NCBI GenBank assembly: GCA_046045965.1
Contig: JBJOKS010000014.1
Location: 32,001-96,000, forward strand
DNA from: Cyanobacteriota bacterium
GTDB lineage: Bacteria > Cyanobacteriota > Cyanobacteriia > Cyanobacteriales > Nostocaceae
Reading direction: 5' to 3'
DNA length: 64,000 bases
This document shows positions 1-10,448 of the stretch, piece by piece. Both the position numbers and the translations under genes were made by a program. The first letter of the stretch is position 1. Each line of letters opens with the position of its first letter. Under the pieces are notes generated by a model. The model ran no database searches, was not told the origin of the DNA, and saw only the letters and a program-made list of their open reading frames with translations.

Positions 1-300
1 CGCAATGTAATCTTGCACTAAAAACAGGCGTTGGTCCTGGGAAAATTTTTCGCGAAACCTGGGTATTTGTGGATGCTCAATTTGATATAAAGTCGCAGCT
101 TCGCGCTCAAACAACTCTTGCGCCTTTTTTCCGCCGTAAACTCCCGTTTCTGTGAGCATTAATTCTTTAATGGCGCAAAGTTCGTTAAAGCGTCTTTGGT
201 CTTCTGCGAGATAGGTTCTACCAAAACCCCCCTGTCCCAGCACGTGAATGATGTGATAACGATTTTGCAGAACAGTACCAACTGTAATGGGTGGTTGCAT
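1..300 (-). CDS. Ser/Thr protein kinase, N-terminal part (runs off the window)
   Basis: Manual minus-strand translation MQPPITVGTVLQNRYHIIHVLGQGGFGRTYLAEDQRRFNELCAIKE shows the kinase Gly-rich loop and catalytic Lys; alternative ATG at 306. Confidence 0.85.
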   Translation of the reverse strand, partial: MQPPITVGTVLQNRYHIIHVLGQGGFGRTYLAEDQRRFNELCAIKELMLTETGVYGGKKAQELFEREAATLYQIEHPQIPRFREKFSQDQRLFLVQDYIA

Positions 301-917
301 GATCATATTGAATAAGTGTAATAGCAACTGAGCTAGAAATTAACTAAAGCATAAACGTGGTCATTGGTAATTGGTAATTGGTGATAGCTAATTGCTAAAA
401 ACCTGTTCCCAGTCCCTTTCAGTCTCTACCTGCTGAACTGATAGGTGAATGTTCAACCACCTGCTAGTTTATCAATTTGGCGCTAGTATCATAAAATAAG
501 CAACTGTATCCTCAAAGCTTAATCATCAGCTGACTCCGTAAATGCGAAAATCAGCGGCAATTTTCCAGTTTAAAGGCGAATACTGCCTAATAATTAAATT
601 AATTGTGACTTTATGTGTGAATAAATTGATCTCAGTTATAAAAGAAACGGGTAGAATAGGTAATCTACCATACCAAATGCTCAATTATTTGGGCGGTTCA
701 CCCTAACCTCCAAAAATGGAACTCTGAAACTATTTTCCAGAATAGATGTCAGTAAGATCCTCATTGGTTTTTTCCCAGAAGAACAAGAAAATTAGTGAAT
801 GTAAATATATGGAGAAATATTGCGAATTTGTATAGAAGTTTCAATAAAACTTACAGATGTTTTATTTAGTCTATCTCTGTCCGTTAAATCTGCTAAATCT
901 CTGATGATAATATCGCC

Positions 918-1934
918 ATGAATGCACATCGAGGATCTGCTGTGCTAAGTTCTGCAACTTTAACAGTTCCACCAGTCACAACAGCAGTGACTGAAAATCA
1001 TCGTCTGCGACTGTTTTCCGGTTCTGCAAATTTACAATTATCCCAAGAAGTCGCTCGTTACCTGGGGATGGACTTGGGTCCAATGATTCGCAAAAGATTT
1101 GCGGATGGAGAACTGTATGTTCAAATCCAAGAATCGATCCGTGGTTGTGATGTTTATTTAATCCAACCAACCTGTCAACCCGTTAACGACCACTTAATGG
1201 AATTACTGATTATGATTGATGCTTGTCGTCGCGCTTCCGCACGACAGATCACAGCAGTAATTCCCTATTATGGTTATGCTCGTGCCGATCGCAAAACCGC
1301 CGGTAGAGAGTCTATTACCGCCAAACTGGTTGCTAACTTGATTACTCAAGCCGGTGCTAGTCGCATTCTCGCAATGGACTTGCACGCAGCACAGATACAG
1401 GGGTATTTTGATATACCTTTTGATCATGTTTACGGTTCTCCAGTCATACTGGATTATTTGCAGACTAAAGCACTACAGGATATTGTAGTTGTTTCCCCTG
1501 ATGTTGGTGGTGTCGCACGAGCCAGAGCATTTGCGAAAAAACTCAATGATGCACCATTGGCAATTATAGACAAACGCCGTCAAGCTCACAATGTGGCTGA
1601 GGTTTTGAATGTCATCGGCGATGTGAAGGGGAAAACGGCAGTTTTAGTTGATGACATGATTGATACAGGCGGAACAATTACCGAAGGTGCGAAATTACTA
1701 CGTGAAGAGGGAGCAAGTCAGGTATATGCCTGTGCTACTCATGCGGTATTTTCACCACCTGCGATTGAACGCTTATCAAGTGGCTTGTTTGAGGAGGTGA
1801 TAGTTACTAACACTATTCCTATTCCTGAAAGCGATCACTTTCCCCAGTTAGTAACGCTTTCTGTTGCTAATTTACTCGGTGAAGCGATTTGGCGGATTCA
1901 CGAAGATACTTCACTCAGTAGTTTATTCCGTTAG
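918..1934 (+). CDS. prs: Ribose-phosphate pyrophosphokinase
   Basis: PYYGYARADRK, DLHAAQIQGYF and LVDDMIDTGGT motifs. Confidence 0.97.
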   Translation: MNAHRGSAVLSSATLTVPPVTTAVTENHRLRLFSGSANLQLSQEVARYLGMDLGPMIRKRFADGELYVQIQESIRGCDVYLIQPTCQPVNDHLMELLIMIDACRRASARQITAVIPYYGYARADRKTAGRESITAKLVANLITQAGASRILAMDLHAAQIQGYFDIPFDHVYGSPVILDYLQTKALQDIVVVSPDVGGVARARAFAKKLNDAPLAIIDKRRQAHNVAEVLNVIGDVKGKTAVLVDDMIDTGGTITEGAKLLREEGASQVYACATHAVFSPPAIERLSSGLFEEVIVTNTIPIPESDHFPQLVTLSVANLLGEAIWRIHEDTSLSSLFR

Positions 1935-2081
1935 TCTGCAAAAAACATCATCCAAAAAGATGATTTATGAAAATATGAATTATGAGGGATGAAATTTTTC
2001 ATCCTTCATCCTTCATTTTTTGTTTTAGGTAATTGGTAATTGGTAATTGGAAACTTCTTACTGTCACCTATCACCTGTCAC

Positions 2082-2645
2082 CTACTTTGCTAAAGTTTCT
2101 AATTCTGTCACTACTCGTTCTAGTTCTTCGACTAAGGGTGTAAGTTGATTTTTTTGGAAAGCATCTGCTAACGCGCGATAATACCAAATAGTTCCTTCTT
2201 TACCACCTTGAAACCTTTCCCAAACTGCTTCACCAATTATGCGATAATCTTTGAGAATGGATCTAGCATTATGCAGTTTATCAGATGCGGAAACTAGCAG
2301 CACTGAAGGGGAAGCGGTGGAAATATGGGCAATATACGCTTCTTTCCGTTGTTTCCACGGGGGTTTAGGTGTGGTGTCTGCGTCTGTACATCCATCTACT
2401 ATGACGGTGACGTTATCCCCAAACCGACGACGAATTTCTTCTCTGGTGGCTGCTCCTCCTTGATCTTCTATGGCATCATGTAATAAAGCTGCGATCGCTT
2501 CGTCTTCGTTTGCTCCATATTCTAAGGCTATGCTGGCTACTCCTAATAAATGGCTAATATAGGGAATACCTGAAGCTTTGCGTTTTTGGGTTGCGTGGAG
2601 TTGGTGCGCGTAGGTTAAGGCTTGGGTAAATCTTTCTGATAGCAT
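2082..2645 (-). CDS. HD-domain hydrolase, RelA/SpoT hydrolase-like (small alarmone hydrolase/Mesh1-like)
   Basis: H..Q.RK..G.PYI.H, AALLHDAIED and SDKLHN motifs; no synthetase domain. Confidence 0.85.
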   Translation of the reverse strand: MLSERFTQALTYAHQLHATQKRKASGIPYISHLLGVASIALEYGANEDEAIAALLHDAIEDQGGAATREEIRRRFGDNVTVIVDGCTDADTTPKPPWKQRKEAYIAHISTASPSVLLVSASDKLHNARSILKDYRIIGEAVWERFQGGKEGTIWYYRALADAFQKNQLTPLVEELERVVTELETLAK

Positions 2646-2747
2646 TTTTTAAATGGGTATTTTCGGTTTGGTGTTGAGGTTTAGAAGGATTGAACCACGA
2701 AGACACGAAGAACACGAAGGAAGAAGAAGATAATCTCTCAGTTGAAA

Positions 2748-4046
2748 TCAGGGCGCTATTATTTCTAATATAAAGTCTTCTAAGTTTGATAATTCAACTC
2801 CCAAATTATCCAACACTCTTATTGCTACGCCTTCACCCTCTGCCAGTAAAGCTAACAACAGATGCTCAGTATCAATTTGCTTATTCATCATTCGGACAGA
2901 TTCTTCCCGTGATAGCTCTAAAACTCTGATTGTACGTGGAGTAAATACTGCTTTTCCGCGAGAACCTGAACCTCTACCAACAATCTTTTCAACCTCAAAA
3001 CGCGCATTTTCCAATGTTACACCATTGTTCTTTAGTGCAGACGCAGCTAATCCAGTATTTTCACTAATCAAACCCAAAAGGATACTCTGTGATCCAATAA
3101 AATAATGATCTAATAAACGGGTTTCTTGATATGCCAAATTGATTACTTCTAAAGCTTTGTCTGTGAATTTTGAGAACAGTTCTAATGATGAATTCTTGAA
3201 TTGTAATTGATTTTCTATCTTAACCAAAGATGAAATTATTTCTTCTGGTATTTTAAGAAGATACAACCACTCCTGCACAGACTGGGGACGATTTTCTGAT
3301 TGCAGTTCTAGTCCTTTGATAATTGCTTTATTGACTCTATCACTAATATCTGAATTGAGTTTATTTGGTGGTGCTAGTGGTTCACCCATCATTCTAGATA
3401 TAGCACTTTCTGGTTCTTTTCCTGTCAAAACCTTGTATAGTGTTGCTGCTAGTGCATAAATATCAGTAAAAGCACCACGTTTAGCACGCGGATTATATTG
3501 CTCAAGAGGTGCATAAAAAGCTGTTTTATATTCTGTATGTGTTTGTGTTAAGTTAGGTGTAAAGTCACGCGCGATGCCAAAATCAATTAAAACTGCTTCA
3601 GATTTATTATTTCTTACCAAAATATTTTTCGGTGTTACATCTCGATGCAATAAACCATTTTCGTGAACCACTGTTAACGCAGCACCAATTTGTTGAATAT
3701 AATCTAAAGCTTGAGATTCTGATAAAACACCCAAATTACCTAACTCTTCACCCTCTATATATTCCATTACCATTCCCCAAATATCACCATCTTTGATACA
3801 TTCATAAATTTTGACGATGTGAGGATGATAACTACATTTAGCTAGTTTTATTGCTTCATTGATAAAATCTTGCAGACATTTATCAAAATCATCATTGTCT
3901 ATATCTGTATCTTTAAGGGTTTTGATCACAACTGAATTACCCTTTTTGTCTTTAGCAAGATAAGTGATTCCAAAACCACCATGTCCCAACTTCTTTTCTA
4001 TGGTATATTTACCATCTTGCAGTTGCTGTCCTGATACCCAAGCCAT
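2748..4046 (-). CDS. Ser/Thr kinase fused to a C-terminal Clp N-terminal (Clp repeat) domain
   Basis: GHGGFG, HRDVTPKN, DFG motifs; C-terminus FSKFTDKA...FTPRT...DTEHLLLALL resembles the ClpC N-domain. Confidence 0.88.
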   Translation of the reverse strand: MAWVSGQQLQDGKYTIEKKLGHGGFGITYLAKDKKGNSVVIKTLKDTDIDNDDFDKCLQDFINEAIKLAKCSYHPHIVKIYECIKDGDIWGMVMEYIEGEELGNLGVLSESQALDYIQQIGAALTVVHENGLLHRDVTPKNILVRNNKSEAVLIDFGIARDFTPNLTQTHTEYKTAFYAPLEQYNPRAKRGAFTDIYALAATLYKVLTGKEPESAISRMMGEPLAPPNKLNSDISDRVNKAIIKGLELQSENRPQSVQEWLYLLKIPEEIISSLVKIENQLQFKNSSLELFSKFTDKALEVINLAYQETRLLDHYFIGSQSILLGLISENTGLAASALKNNGVTLENARFEVEKIVGRGSGSRGKAVFTPRTIRVLELSREESVRMMNKQIDTEHLLLALLAEGEGVAIRVLDNLGVELSNLEDFILEIIAP

Positions 4047-4143
4047 AACCTGTGAAATTATAGAGTTATCAGTTTATTTTGGCACAAAATCTACAGTAAT
4101 TGGCAATCTCATGCTTGGCTAAAAATCTCAGTATGATTACATA

Positions 4144-4521
4144 CTAACAATCTAGAATTTCTTTAAGAATGCTCTTTAAATCTGCGTCAGCAGGACGTTT
4201 TGCAAATTGTTCGTGGCTATATATCCACACCAGCTTAATGACAAAATCATTTGTATTGACTAAATACATTAATCTGATTTGTCCAGATGCTCCTTTGGAT
4301 ACTTTAAACTCGATTTTGTGAAATGACCATCCTTCAGGTAATTCAATCTTTCCAGGTAAAGGTTCATTGCGAGAATTTATAGGATATTGATCATCAATTA
4401 AGTCTTCTAAAACTTGTGCAACACATTCCACAAAATCAGACCTATAAGCTTTTGCAAGTTTTTTGAAAGAACGCTGAAAATTATCAGATTTTTCAATCGA
4501 GAAGGGAGTTAAGCCAGTCAC
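4144..4521 (-). CDS. Putative RelE/ParE-like toxin
   Basis: 125 aa, FQRSFKKL N-terminus, G.IRLMY and WIYSH motifs; overlaps the upstream antitoxin gene. Confidence 0.65.
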   Translation of the reverse strand: MTGLTPFSIEKSDNFQRSFKKLAKAYRSDFVECVAQVLEDLIDDQYPINSRNEPLPGKIELPEGWSFHKIEFKVSKGASGQIRLMYLVNTNDFVIKLVWIYSHEQFAKRPADADLKSILKEILDC

Positions 4522-5086
4522 GCACTTCTCCTTTATGAATACGAGTTGATGATTCCGAATTACAAGCGTCCTTTAAAACTTGTCGCATGACAATTTGATA
4601 GCCTGGATGATCACGTTCTATCTGCTCTAATTTCTCATGTCCTAATGCTTTTAAATCTTTCAATAAAATTACTGTAGTTGAAGCAGCTTCAGGAAGTAAC
4701 CCTTTGCGTGCTTTCTTCCAAGGAAATTCTAAGTGAGTCATACCACTTAAATGATAAGCATGATAACCACCAAAATATTCCCATACTTCTTCTAGAAGTT
4801 GTTTCTTATCTTCAGATATTTCTAATAGTGATTCTTGACTAGGAATAGGTAATTGTTTAGCTTCAAATTCGCTATAAAATCTATAAGCAGGTGGACATAC
4901 AGGACCATAACGCCATGCCTGTATTTCTTCTGCAAATAATGGCTGATCATACATAGCTAAATGCAAACTCTGAGCATAGTATAAAAGCTTTTGAGCTTTC
5001 ATGTTTGTCATTTCTGCTTCTATGCCATCTGCGTAAGCTTTCATAATGAAGTAGCGAGCTACAGTTAGACAATCAATCATAATCAA
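4493..5086 (-). CDS. Panacea (DUF4065/SocA-like) antitoxin
   Basis: TNMKAQKLLYYAQ, IQAWRYGPV and LSGMTH.E.PW motifs. Confidence 0.88.
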   Translation of the reverse strand: MIMIDCLTVARYFIMKAYADGIEAEMTNMKAQKLLYYAQSLHLAMYDQPLFAEEIQAWRYGPVCPPAYRFYSEFEAKQLPIPSQESLLEISEDKKQLLEEVWEYFGGYHAYHLSGMTHLEFPWKKARKGLLPEAASTTVILLKDLKALGHEKLEQIERDHPGYQIVMRQVLKDACNSESSTRIHKGEVRDWLNSLLD

Positions 5087-5368
5087 ACTCGCAAATCAAA
5101 ATAAACTGACTATCTGAAGAATTTTTAACAACAGCATACACATCATTATAGTTCAAAACTAAAAATTTAGTACATTTTTACTATAAATTTATAAGAACCA
5201 ACCCAAAAAATCTTTTTGCAATTATTGACAAATTAACAATATTTGTGACAATTGCGCTAGAATTATTAAAGGTTCGTTACAGAATTGGCAAATCATCCCC
5301 AAATCTGTTACAACAGCCAAACATTTAGCTTCTAAATCTAAAAACACTAAAGTTCACCTAAACTCTCT

Positions 5369-7159
5369 ATGACGCTCCCAATTCGTAACGTCGCCATTAT
5401 CGCTCACGTTGACCACGGCAAAACCACCTTGGTTGATGCTCTTCTCAAACAGTCCGGCATTTTCCGCGAAGGCGAAGACGTTCCGGATTGTGTCATGGAC
5501 TCCAACGCTTTGGAGAGGGAACGAGGAATTACTATTCTTTCCAAAAATACAGCGGTTCGCTACAAAGAAACCCTGATTAATATTGTTGATACTCCTGGAC
5601 ACGCTGACTTCGGTGGAGAAGTAGAACGGGTACTGGGCATGGTGGACGGTTGTCTACTGATTGTTGATGCCAATGAAGGACCAATGCCCCAAACCCGCTT
5701 TGTGCTGAAAAAAGCTTTGGAAAAAGGTCTGCGTCCTATTGTTGTTGTTAACAAAATTGACCGTGGCCAAGCTGACCCCCACGTTGCTGTAGATAAGGTT
5801 TTGGATCTGTTCTTGGAATTGGGTGCAGATGAAGATCAGTGTGATTTTCCCTATCTGTTTGCTTCCGGTATGGGTGGTTACGCCAAGGAAAGCTTGGAAG
5901 CAGAAGCTGTAGATATGCAGCCTTTGTTTGAGGCTATCCTCCGTCATGTTCCCGCACCTGTAGGCGATCCTAACAAACCTCTGCAATTACAAGTTACTAC
6001 CCTAGATTATTCTGAATATCTAGGACGGATTGTAATTGGTAGAATCCATAACGGTACTATTCGCGCTGGACAACAAGCTGCTTTAGTAGTGGAAGATGGC
6101 AGCATTGTCAAGGGTAAAATTACCAAATTGATGGGTTTTGAAGGCTTGAAGCGAGTGGAAATGACAGAAGCCACCGCTGGTTATATTGTTGCTGTGGCTG
6201 GTTTTGCAGATGCGTATATTGGTGAAACCATTACAGATCCTAATGAACCTCAAGCTTTACCACTCATTAAGGTAGATGAACCAACCTTGCAAATGACCTT
6301 CTGGGTGAATGATTCACCTTTTGCGGGTCAGGAAGGTAAGTTGGTAACTTCTCGCCAAGTGCGCGATCGCTTGTTCCGTGAATTAGAAACCAACGTAGCT
6401 TTGCGGGTTGAAGAAACCGACTCTCCTGATAAATTCCTGGTTTCCGGTCGGGGTGAATTACACCTGGGTATCTTAATTGAAACCATGCGTCGTGAAGGTT
6501 TTGAGTTCCAAGTATCTCAGCCTCAAGTAATTTACCGGACGATTAACGGTCAACCTTGCGAACCTTACGAACTTCTGGTTTTAGACGTTCCCGGTGACTC
6601 CGTTGGTAGCTGTATTGAACGTCTGGGACAGCGTAAAGGGGAAATGCAAGATATGCAACCTGGTGCTGGCGATCGCACACAATTAGAGTTTGTGATTCCT
6701 GCCCGTGGTTTGATTGGTTTCCGGGGTGAATTCATGCGGATGACCCGTGGTGAAGGCATCATGAACCACAGTTTCCTAGAATACCGTCAACTTTCTGGCA
6801 ACATTGAAGCCCGCAACAAAGGCGTTTTAATCTCCTTTGAAGAAGGTGTTTCAACTTTCTACGCCATGAAAAACGCTGAAGATAGAGGCGCATTCTTCAT
6901 CACTCCTGGAACCAAGGTTTATAGAGGCATGATTGTCGGTGAACACAACCGTCCTCAAGACTTGGAATTGAATATCTGTAAAACCAAGCAGCTAACTAAC
7001 CACCGTGCTGCTGGTGGTGATGAACTCGTACAGTTGCAAGCACCTATAGATATGAGCTTGGAACGTGCGTTGGAATATATCGGTCCAGATGAGTTGGTGG
7101 AAGTTACACCACAATCAATTCGTCTCCGCAAAATGGCGAAGAAGTTAGCTAAACGCTAA
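5369..7159 (+). CDS. typA: Translational GTPase TypA/BipA
   Basis: [22 protein letters not shown] and C-terminal [14 protein letters not shown]. Confidence 0.97.
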   Translation: MTLPIRNVAIIAHVDHGKTTLVDALLKQSGIFREGEDVPDCVMDSNALERERGITILSKNTAVRYKETLINIVDTPGHADFGGEVERVLGMVDGCLLIVDANEGPMPQTRFVLKKALEKGLRPIVVVNKIDRGQADPHVAVDKVLDLFLELGADEDQCDFPYLFASGMGGYAKESLEAEAVDMQPLFEAILRHVPAPVGDPNKPLQLQVTTLDYSEYLGRIVIGRIHNGTIRAGQQAALVVEDGSIVKGKITKLMGFEGLKRVEMTEATAGYIVAVAGFADAYIGETITDPNEPQALPLIKVDEPTLQMTFWVNDSPFAGQEGKLVTSRQVRDRLFRELETNVALRVEETDSPDKFLVSGRGELHLGILIETMRREGFEFQVSQPQVIYRTINGQPCEPYELLVLDVPGDSVGSCIERLGQRKGEMQDMQPGAGDRTQLEFVIPARGLIGFRGEFMRMTRGEGIMNHSFLEYRQLSGNIEARNKGVLISFEEGVSTFYAMKNAEDRGAFFITPGTKVYRGMIVGEHNRPQDLELNICKTKQLTNHRAAGGDELVQLQAPIDMSLERALEYIGPDELVEVTPQSIRLRKMAKKLAKR

Positions 7160-7164
7160 TCTGT

Positions 7165-7192
7165 AGGGGTGGGTAAACCCCACTCTTTTTTT
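7165..7192 (+). terminator. Rho-independent terminator of typA
   Basis: GGGTGGG/CCCACTC stem followed by a T run just after the stop codon. Confidence 0.6.
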
Positions 7193-7532
7193 ATCGAACC
7201 GCAGAGACGCAGAGGACGCAGAGAAAGAACATCAATAATTTTTTATCTGCGTTTATCCGCGTTCATCTGCGTTCTATTCTCAATTCCTGAAAAAAAAGTT
7301 TTGTGTCAATAAACTCCCCTCTATTCTCAATATTATTGATATTAATTTCTATTAATTTAACGATTTTTGGTTGTTTGAGCGATCACTCTTGACAGTGTTT
7401 TGAGTTTCTGGTAAATTTGGTTAAAATCCCAAGGGATTGATATAAGACTTTTCTCACGCAAAGGCGCAAAGAGAAGAAAAAGAGATTTATACTAATTTTA
7501 TAGAATATTTAAAGTTTGATATTTTTCCAGGA

Positions 7533-8180
7533 GTGGAAATGATGTTGTTGGAATTAAAGCGCATTCATGTACCACCAGGACAAAGAGTTTTATTAGAAAA
7601 TGTCACTTGGACAGAATTGGAAGCAATTTTAGAGGAGTTGGGAGAACATCGCGCTGCTAGAATTGCTTATGATCAGGGAATGTTAGAAATTATGACTCCT
7701 TTACCAGAACATGAATTTGATAAGGAAATTATTAGTGATTTAATTAAAGCATTATTAGAAGAATTGGATATTGAATTTCTCAGTCTTGGTTCTACGACTT
7801 TCAAAAATCAATTTATGGAAAAGGGTATAGAACCTGATCAATGTTTTTATATTAAGAATGAGGGTTTAGTTAGGGGTAAGAAAAGGTTAGATTTAACTAT
7901 TGATCCTCCTCCAGATTTAGCTTTGGAAATTGATATTACTTCCCGCACTCATCCACATATTTATCAATCTTTAAAAGTTCCTGAGTTGTGGAGGTTTGAA
8001 AATGGGAAGTTGCAAATTAATGTTTTAGTAGACGGTAGTTATGTGGTGTCTCAGTCAAGTTTGAATTTTCCTGGTTTACCTTTAATTGATGTAATTCCTC
8101 CATATTTGGAAAGTAGTGGAATTAATGGGAGGAATGCAACTATTAAGAGGTTTAGGAGTTGGGTGAGAGAGCAGTTATAA
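7533..8180 (+). CDS. Uma2 (DUF820) family putative endonuclease
   Basis: EPDQCFYI, PPPDLALEIDIT and VPELWRF motifs. Confidence 0.92.
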   Translation: MEMMLLELKRIHVPPGQRVLLENVTWTELEAILEELGEHRAARIAYDQGMLEIMTPLPEHEFDKEIISDLIKALLEELDIEFLSLGSTTFKNQFMEKGIEPDQCFYIKNEGLVRGKKRLDLTIDPPPDLALEIDITSRTHPHIYQSLKVPELWRFENGKLQINVLVDGSYVVSQSSLNFPGLPLIDVIPPYLESSGINGRNATIKRFRSWVREQL

Positions 8181-8264
8181 TTTCAGTAATAATTATTTTA
8201 TTGAACATTAAAAAGGTCTAGTTATTAAATTCAGGGATTTACACATCAAAATTGTATCATCATC

Positions 8265-8446
8265 TTCGACGCACCTCGGCAAATCCCCAAAACCCTATAT
8301 GTTTCGTTGAGATGCGTCGAATGCTTACCAGATAAGGGTTTGAGTTATGTACTTGACGTTATTTTTAGCTATGTTTATAATGTTTTTTAGAGATGCGTCG
8401 AATTGGTGGCTGAAACCCTTACTGGGTAACGCCCCATAGACGAACT
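8265..8446 (+). promoter_or_regulatory. CRISPR leader with sigma70-type promoter
   Basis: TTGACG (8353-8358), 17 nt, TATAAT (8376-8381); inverted repeat TTCGACGCACCTC/GAGATGCGTCGAA and a second GAGATGCGTCGAAT copy at 8390. Confidence 0.75.
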
Positions 8447-8622
8447 CTTTACCGATCGCTTTAGATTGGAATTAATGGAAACCCGGGGCCTTTGAAGATC
8501 ACGACACCCGAGGGGGTTATGGTGCTTTACCGATCGCTTTAGATTGGAATTAATGGAAACCAATCTTCAAATCTTAGGAAACTAAATATCTAGCGATCGC
8601 CTAAAATGAAAACTAATAAAAC
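8447..8622 (+). CRISPR. Orphan CRISPR mini-array: two perfect 36-nt repeats plus one degenerate terminal repeat
   Basis: CTTTACCGATCGCTTTAGATTGGAATTAATGGAAAC at 8447-8482 and 8525-8560 with a 42-nt spacer; degenerate copy at 8588-8622; GAAAC 3' end; no cas genes in the window. Confidence 0.85.
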
Positions 8623-8625
8623 TCA

Positions 8626-8687
8626 GATCCCCGACTTCTAACATCAGTTCATCATCTATGAACCAGATCAAAAAAGAAGTCGGGGAT
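8626..8687. repeat. Dispersed palindromic repeat
   Basis: ATCCCCGACTTCT...AGAAGTCGGGGAT; related copies near 40118 and 53500. Confidence 0.6.
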
Positions 8688-8762
8688 TTTGTATAAAAGT
8701 AGTTTTTAAAAACTTTTGCTTTGATAAATTGCCTAAATTCAAATTAATTAAAAGTCTAAAAC

Positions 8763-9212
8763 TTATACACTTAAAAAATAATCATCATCTAACAACTGAC
8801 CCAAAGAATAAGGACATTTTTCCGGTAAAATAGATAAATCAGTCTTACTCTCCACAAAATCAACCGCACTGTGATAAATATTCTCTAAATCATCCTCCAA
8901 CTTATTCCTTAAATTTGTAGTTAGATGATTATTTAAATCATAGCGAAAAGTTTTAACTTCCCCTATCCAATGACGATGGTTGCTTTCATATTCTACCTGC
9001 CAAAATTGCAATAATAATAAATGAATAATAATTTGTCTCAAAAGACTTTTCACCCTTGCTAAATCTCTTTTACCCAAGTTTATTAATTCCTCAATTAAAT
9101 TTTCTACATCTAGTTGATGAAACTGTTTTTGTTTTAATAACTCTATCGTTTCTTCTAACCATAAACTTTCATCGCTTTCATAGAGTAGCTTTAAATTAGT
9201 AACAATTGTCAT
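8763..9212 (-). CDS. DUF29 family protein
   Basis: LYESD..LWLEET, LDVENLIEEL and PEKCPYSL motifs. Confidence 0.9.
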   Translation of the reverse strand: MTIVTNLKLLYESDESLWLEETIELLKQKQFHQLDVENLIEELINLGKRDLARVKSLLRQIIIHLLLLQFWQVEYESNHRHWIGEVKTFRYDLNNHLTTNLRNKLEDDLENIYHSAVDFVESKTDLSILPEKCPYSLGQLLDDDYFLSV

Positions 9213-9292
9213 AATTCCACCCTTACCTCTAACATAATTATACCTCTTAATCTCTCTCTGCCCCTCTGCGCCTCTGCGTGAGATAAAAAAAT

Positions 9293-10087
9293 CTAACTAT
9301 CAACAATTTCCAAATCTGCAACAATCCCAAAATGGTCCGAAGGATAAAGATAACGATTATTCGCTGCTGGTTGATTCAGAATAACTCGACAGTCTCGCAC
9401 CTGTAAACGCTGATTAATAAAAATATAATCTAAAGTCCCCTTCCAAAGTTTCCAACTCCTATTAAAAATCAAAGTTCTCCAAAATTGCCTAATTCGTTTT
9501 TTCCAACTAATTTGATCTAACATCGTCGGACAAGTATATTCTGGCTCAGTTCCATGATATACTTCATAAGCTGATTGATATTTTTCCTTAACTAATGCAA
9601 TTCCTGAACTATCAGGAGTACCATTAAAATCTCCCACAGATATAACAGGTATTTGATCATCAAACTCCGATAACCAATCTAACATCATTTGTATTTGTTT
9701 ATTACGTTTTTTATGAGAACCGGGATACCAATAATAATGACCGTTACAAATTACGATTGATTGATTATCATCTAACTTAATTTTTGCATATTGAGCAATT
9801 CTACCCTGATGTTCTAAATTCAAAGCTGCGGTTTTTTCAATCGGATAACGACTGAGAATAGCTAAACCAAAAGGTAAATCACTATTATTTACATCTTGAG
9901 GAATAGCTTTATAAATATAAGGGATATTTAATTGTTCTGCAATCCAAACAGCAGTATCTTCTGATAAACTCACTTCTTGTAATGCAATGATATCAGGATT
10001 TTCCGCTCTTAGTCCATCTACTAATAATTGTCTGCGTTGTGTCCAATAATTGAGTTTAAAGAGAATATTAATTGTGATGATTTTCAT
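9293..10087 (-). CDS. Endonuclease/exonuclease/phosphatase family protein
   Basis: DIIALQEV, GDFN, LDYIF and SDH motifs. Confidence 0.9.
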   Translation of the reverse strand: MKIITINILFKLNYWTQRRQLLVDGLRAENPDIIALQEVSLSEDTAVWIAEQLNIPYIYKAIPQDVNNSDLPFGLAILSRYPIEKTAALNLEHQGRIAQYAKIKLDDNQSIVICNGHYYWYPGSHKKRNKQIQMMLDWLSEFDDQIPVISVGDFNGTPDSSGIALVKEKYQSAYEVYHGTEPEYTCPTMLDQISWKKRIRQFWRTLIFNRSWKLWKGTLDYIFINQRLQVRDCRVILNQPAANNRYLYPSDHFGIVADLEIVDS

Positions 10088-10448
10088 GATTTTATTAATA
10101 AATTTTTTGGGAGCATCCCCAATGTGTAAGTTTATTTTTTTTGAAATCTGGCAATTTCTCCAAGGCTTGCATTACTGGCTGACCAACTGCATAAATTAAT
10201 CTTCCACCTCCGTCCTATATCTTAATAATATACAGCAATTCTAGTTCTCACAAATTTCCAATTTAACTCCGAAATACTGTACATTTCAACTCTTATTGAG
10301 TTAAAAAAGAAACTATTGACCCCTAGCTTACATCCTGCACTATTCTCAATTAGCCTACTAACTCACCTGGGAATCAATTCCCTTTCTTCCGCTTCTTACT
10401 GTCACCAGTCCCCAGTCCCCAATCACCAATCACCAATCACCTGACACA

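Noticed and set aside
8491..8502. CRISPR spacer contains AAGATCAC, as in the island operator half-site
   Set aside because: Only 8 nt match and GATC is common here; the rest of the spacer does not match, so self-targeting is unsupported
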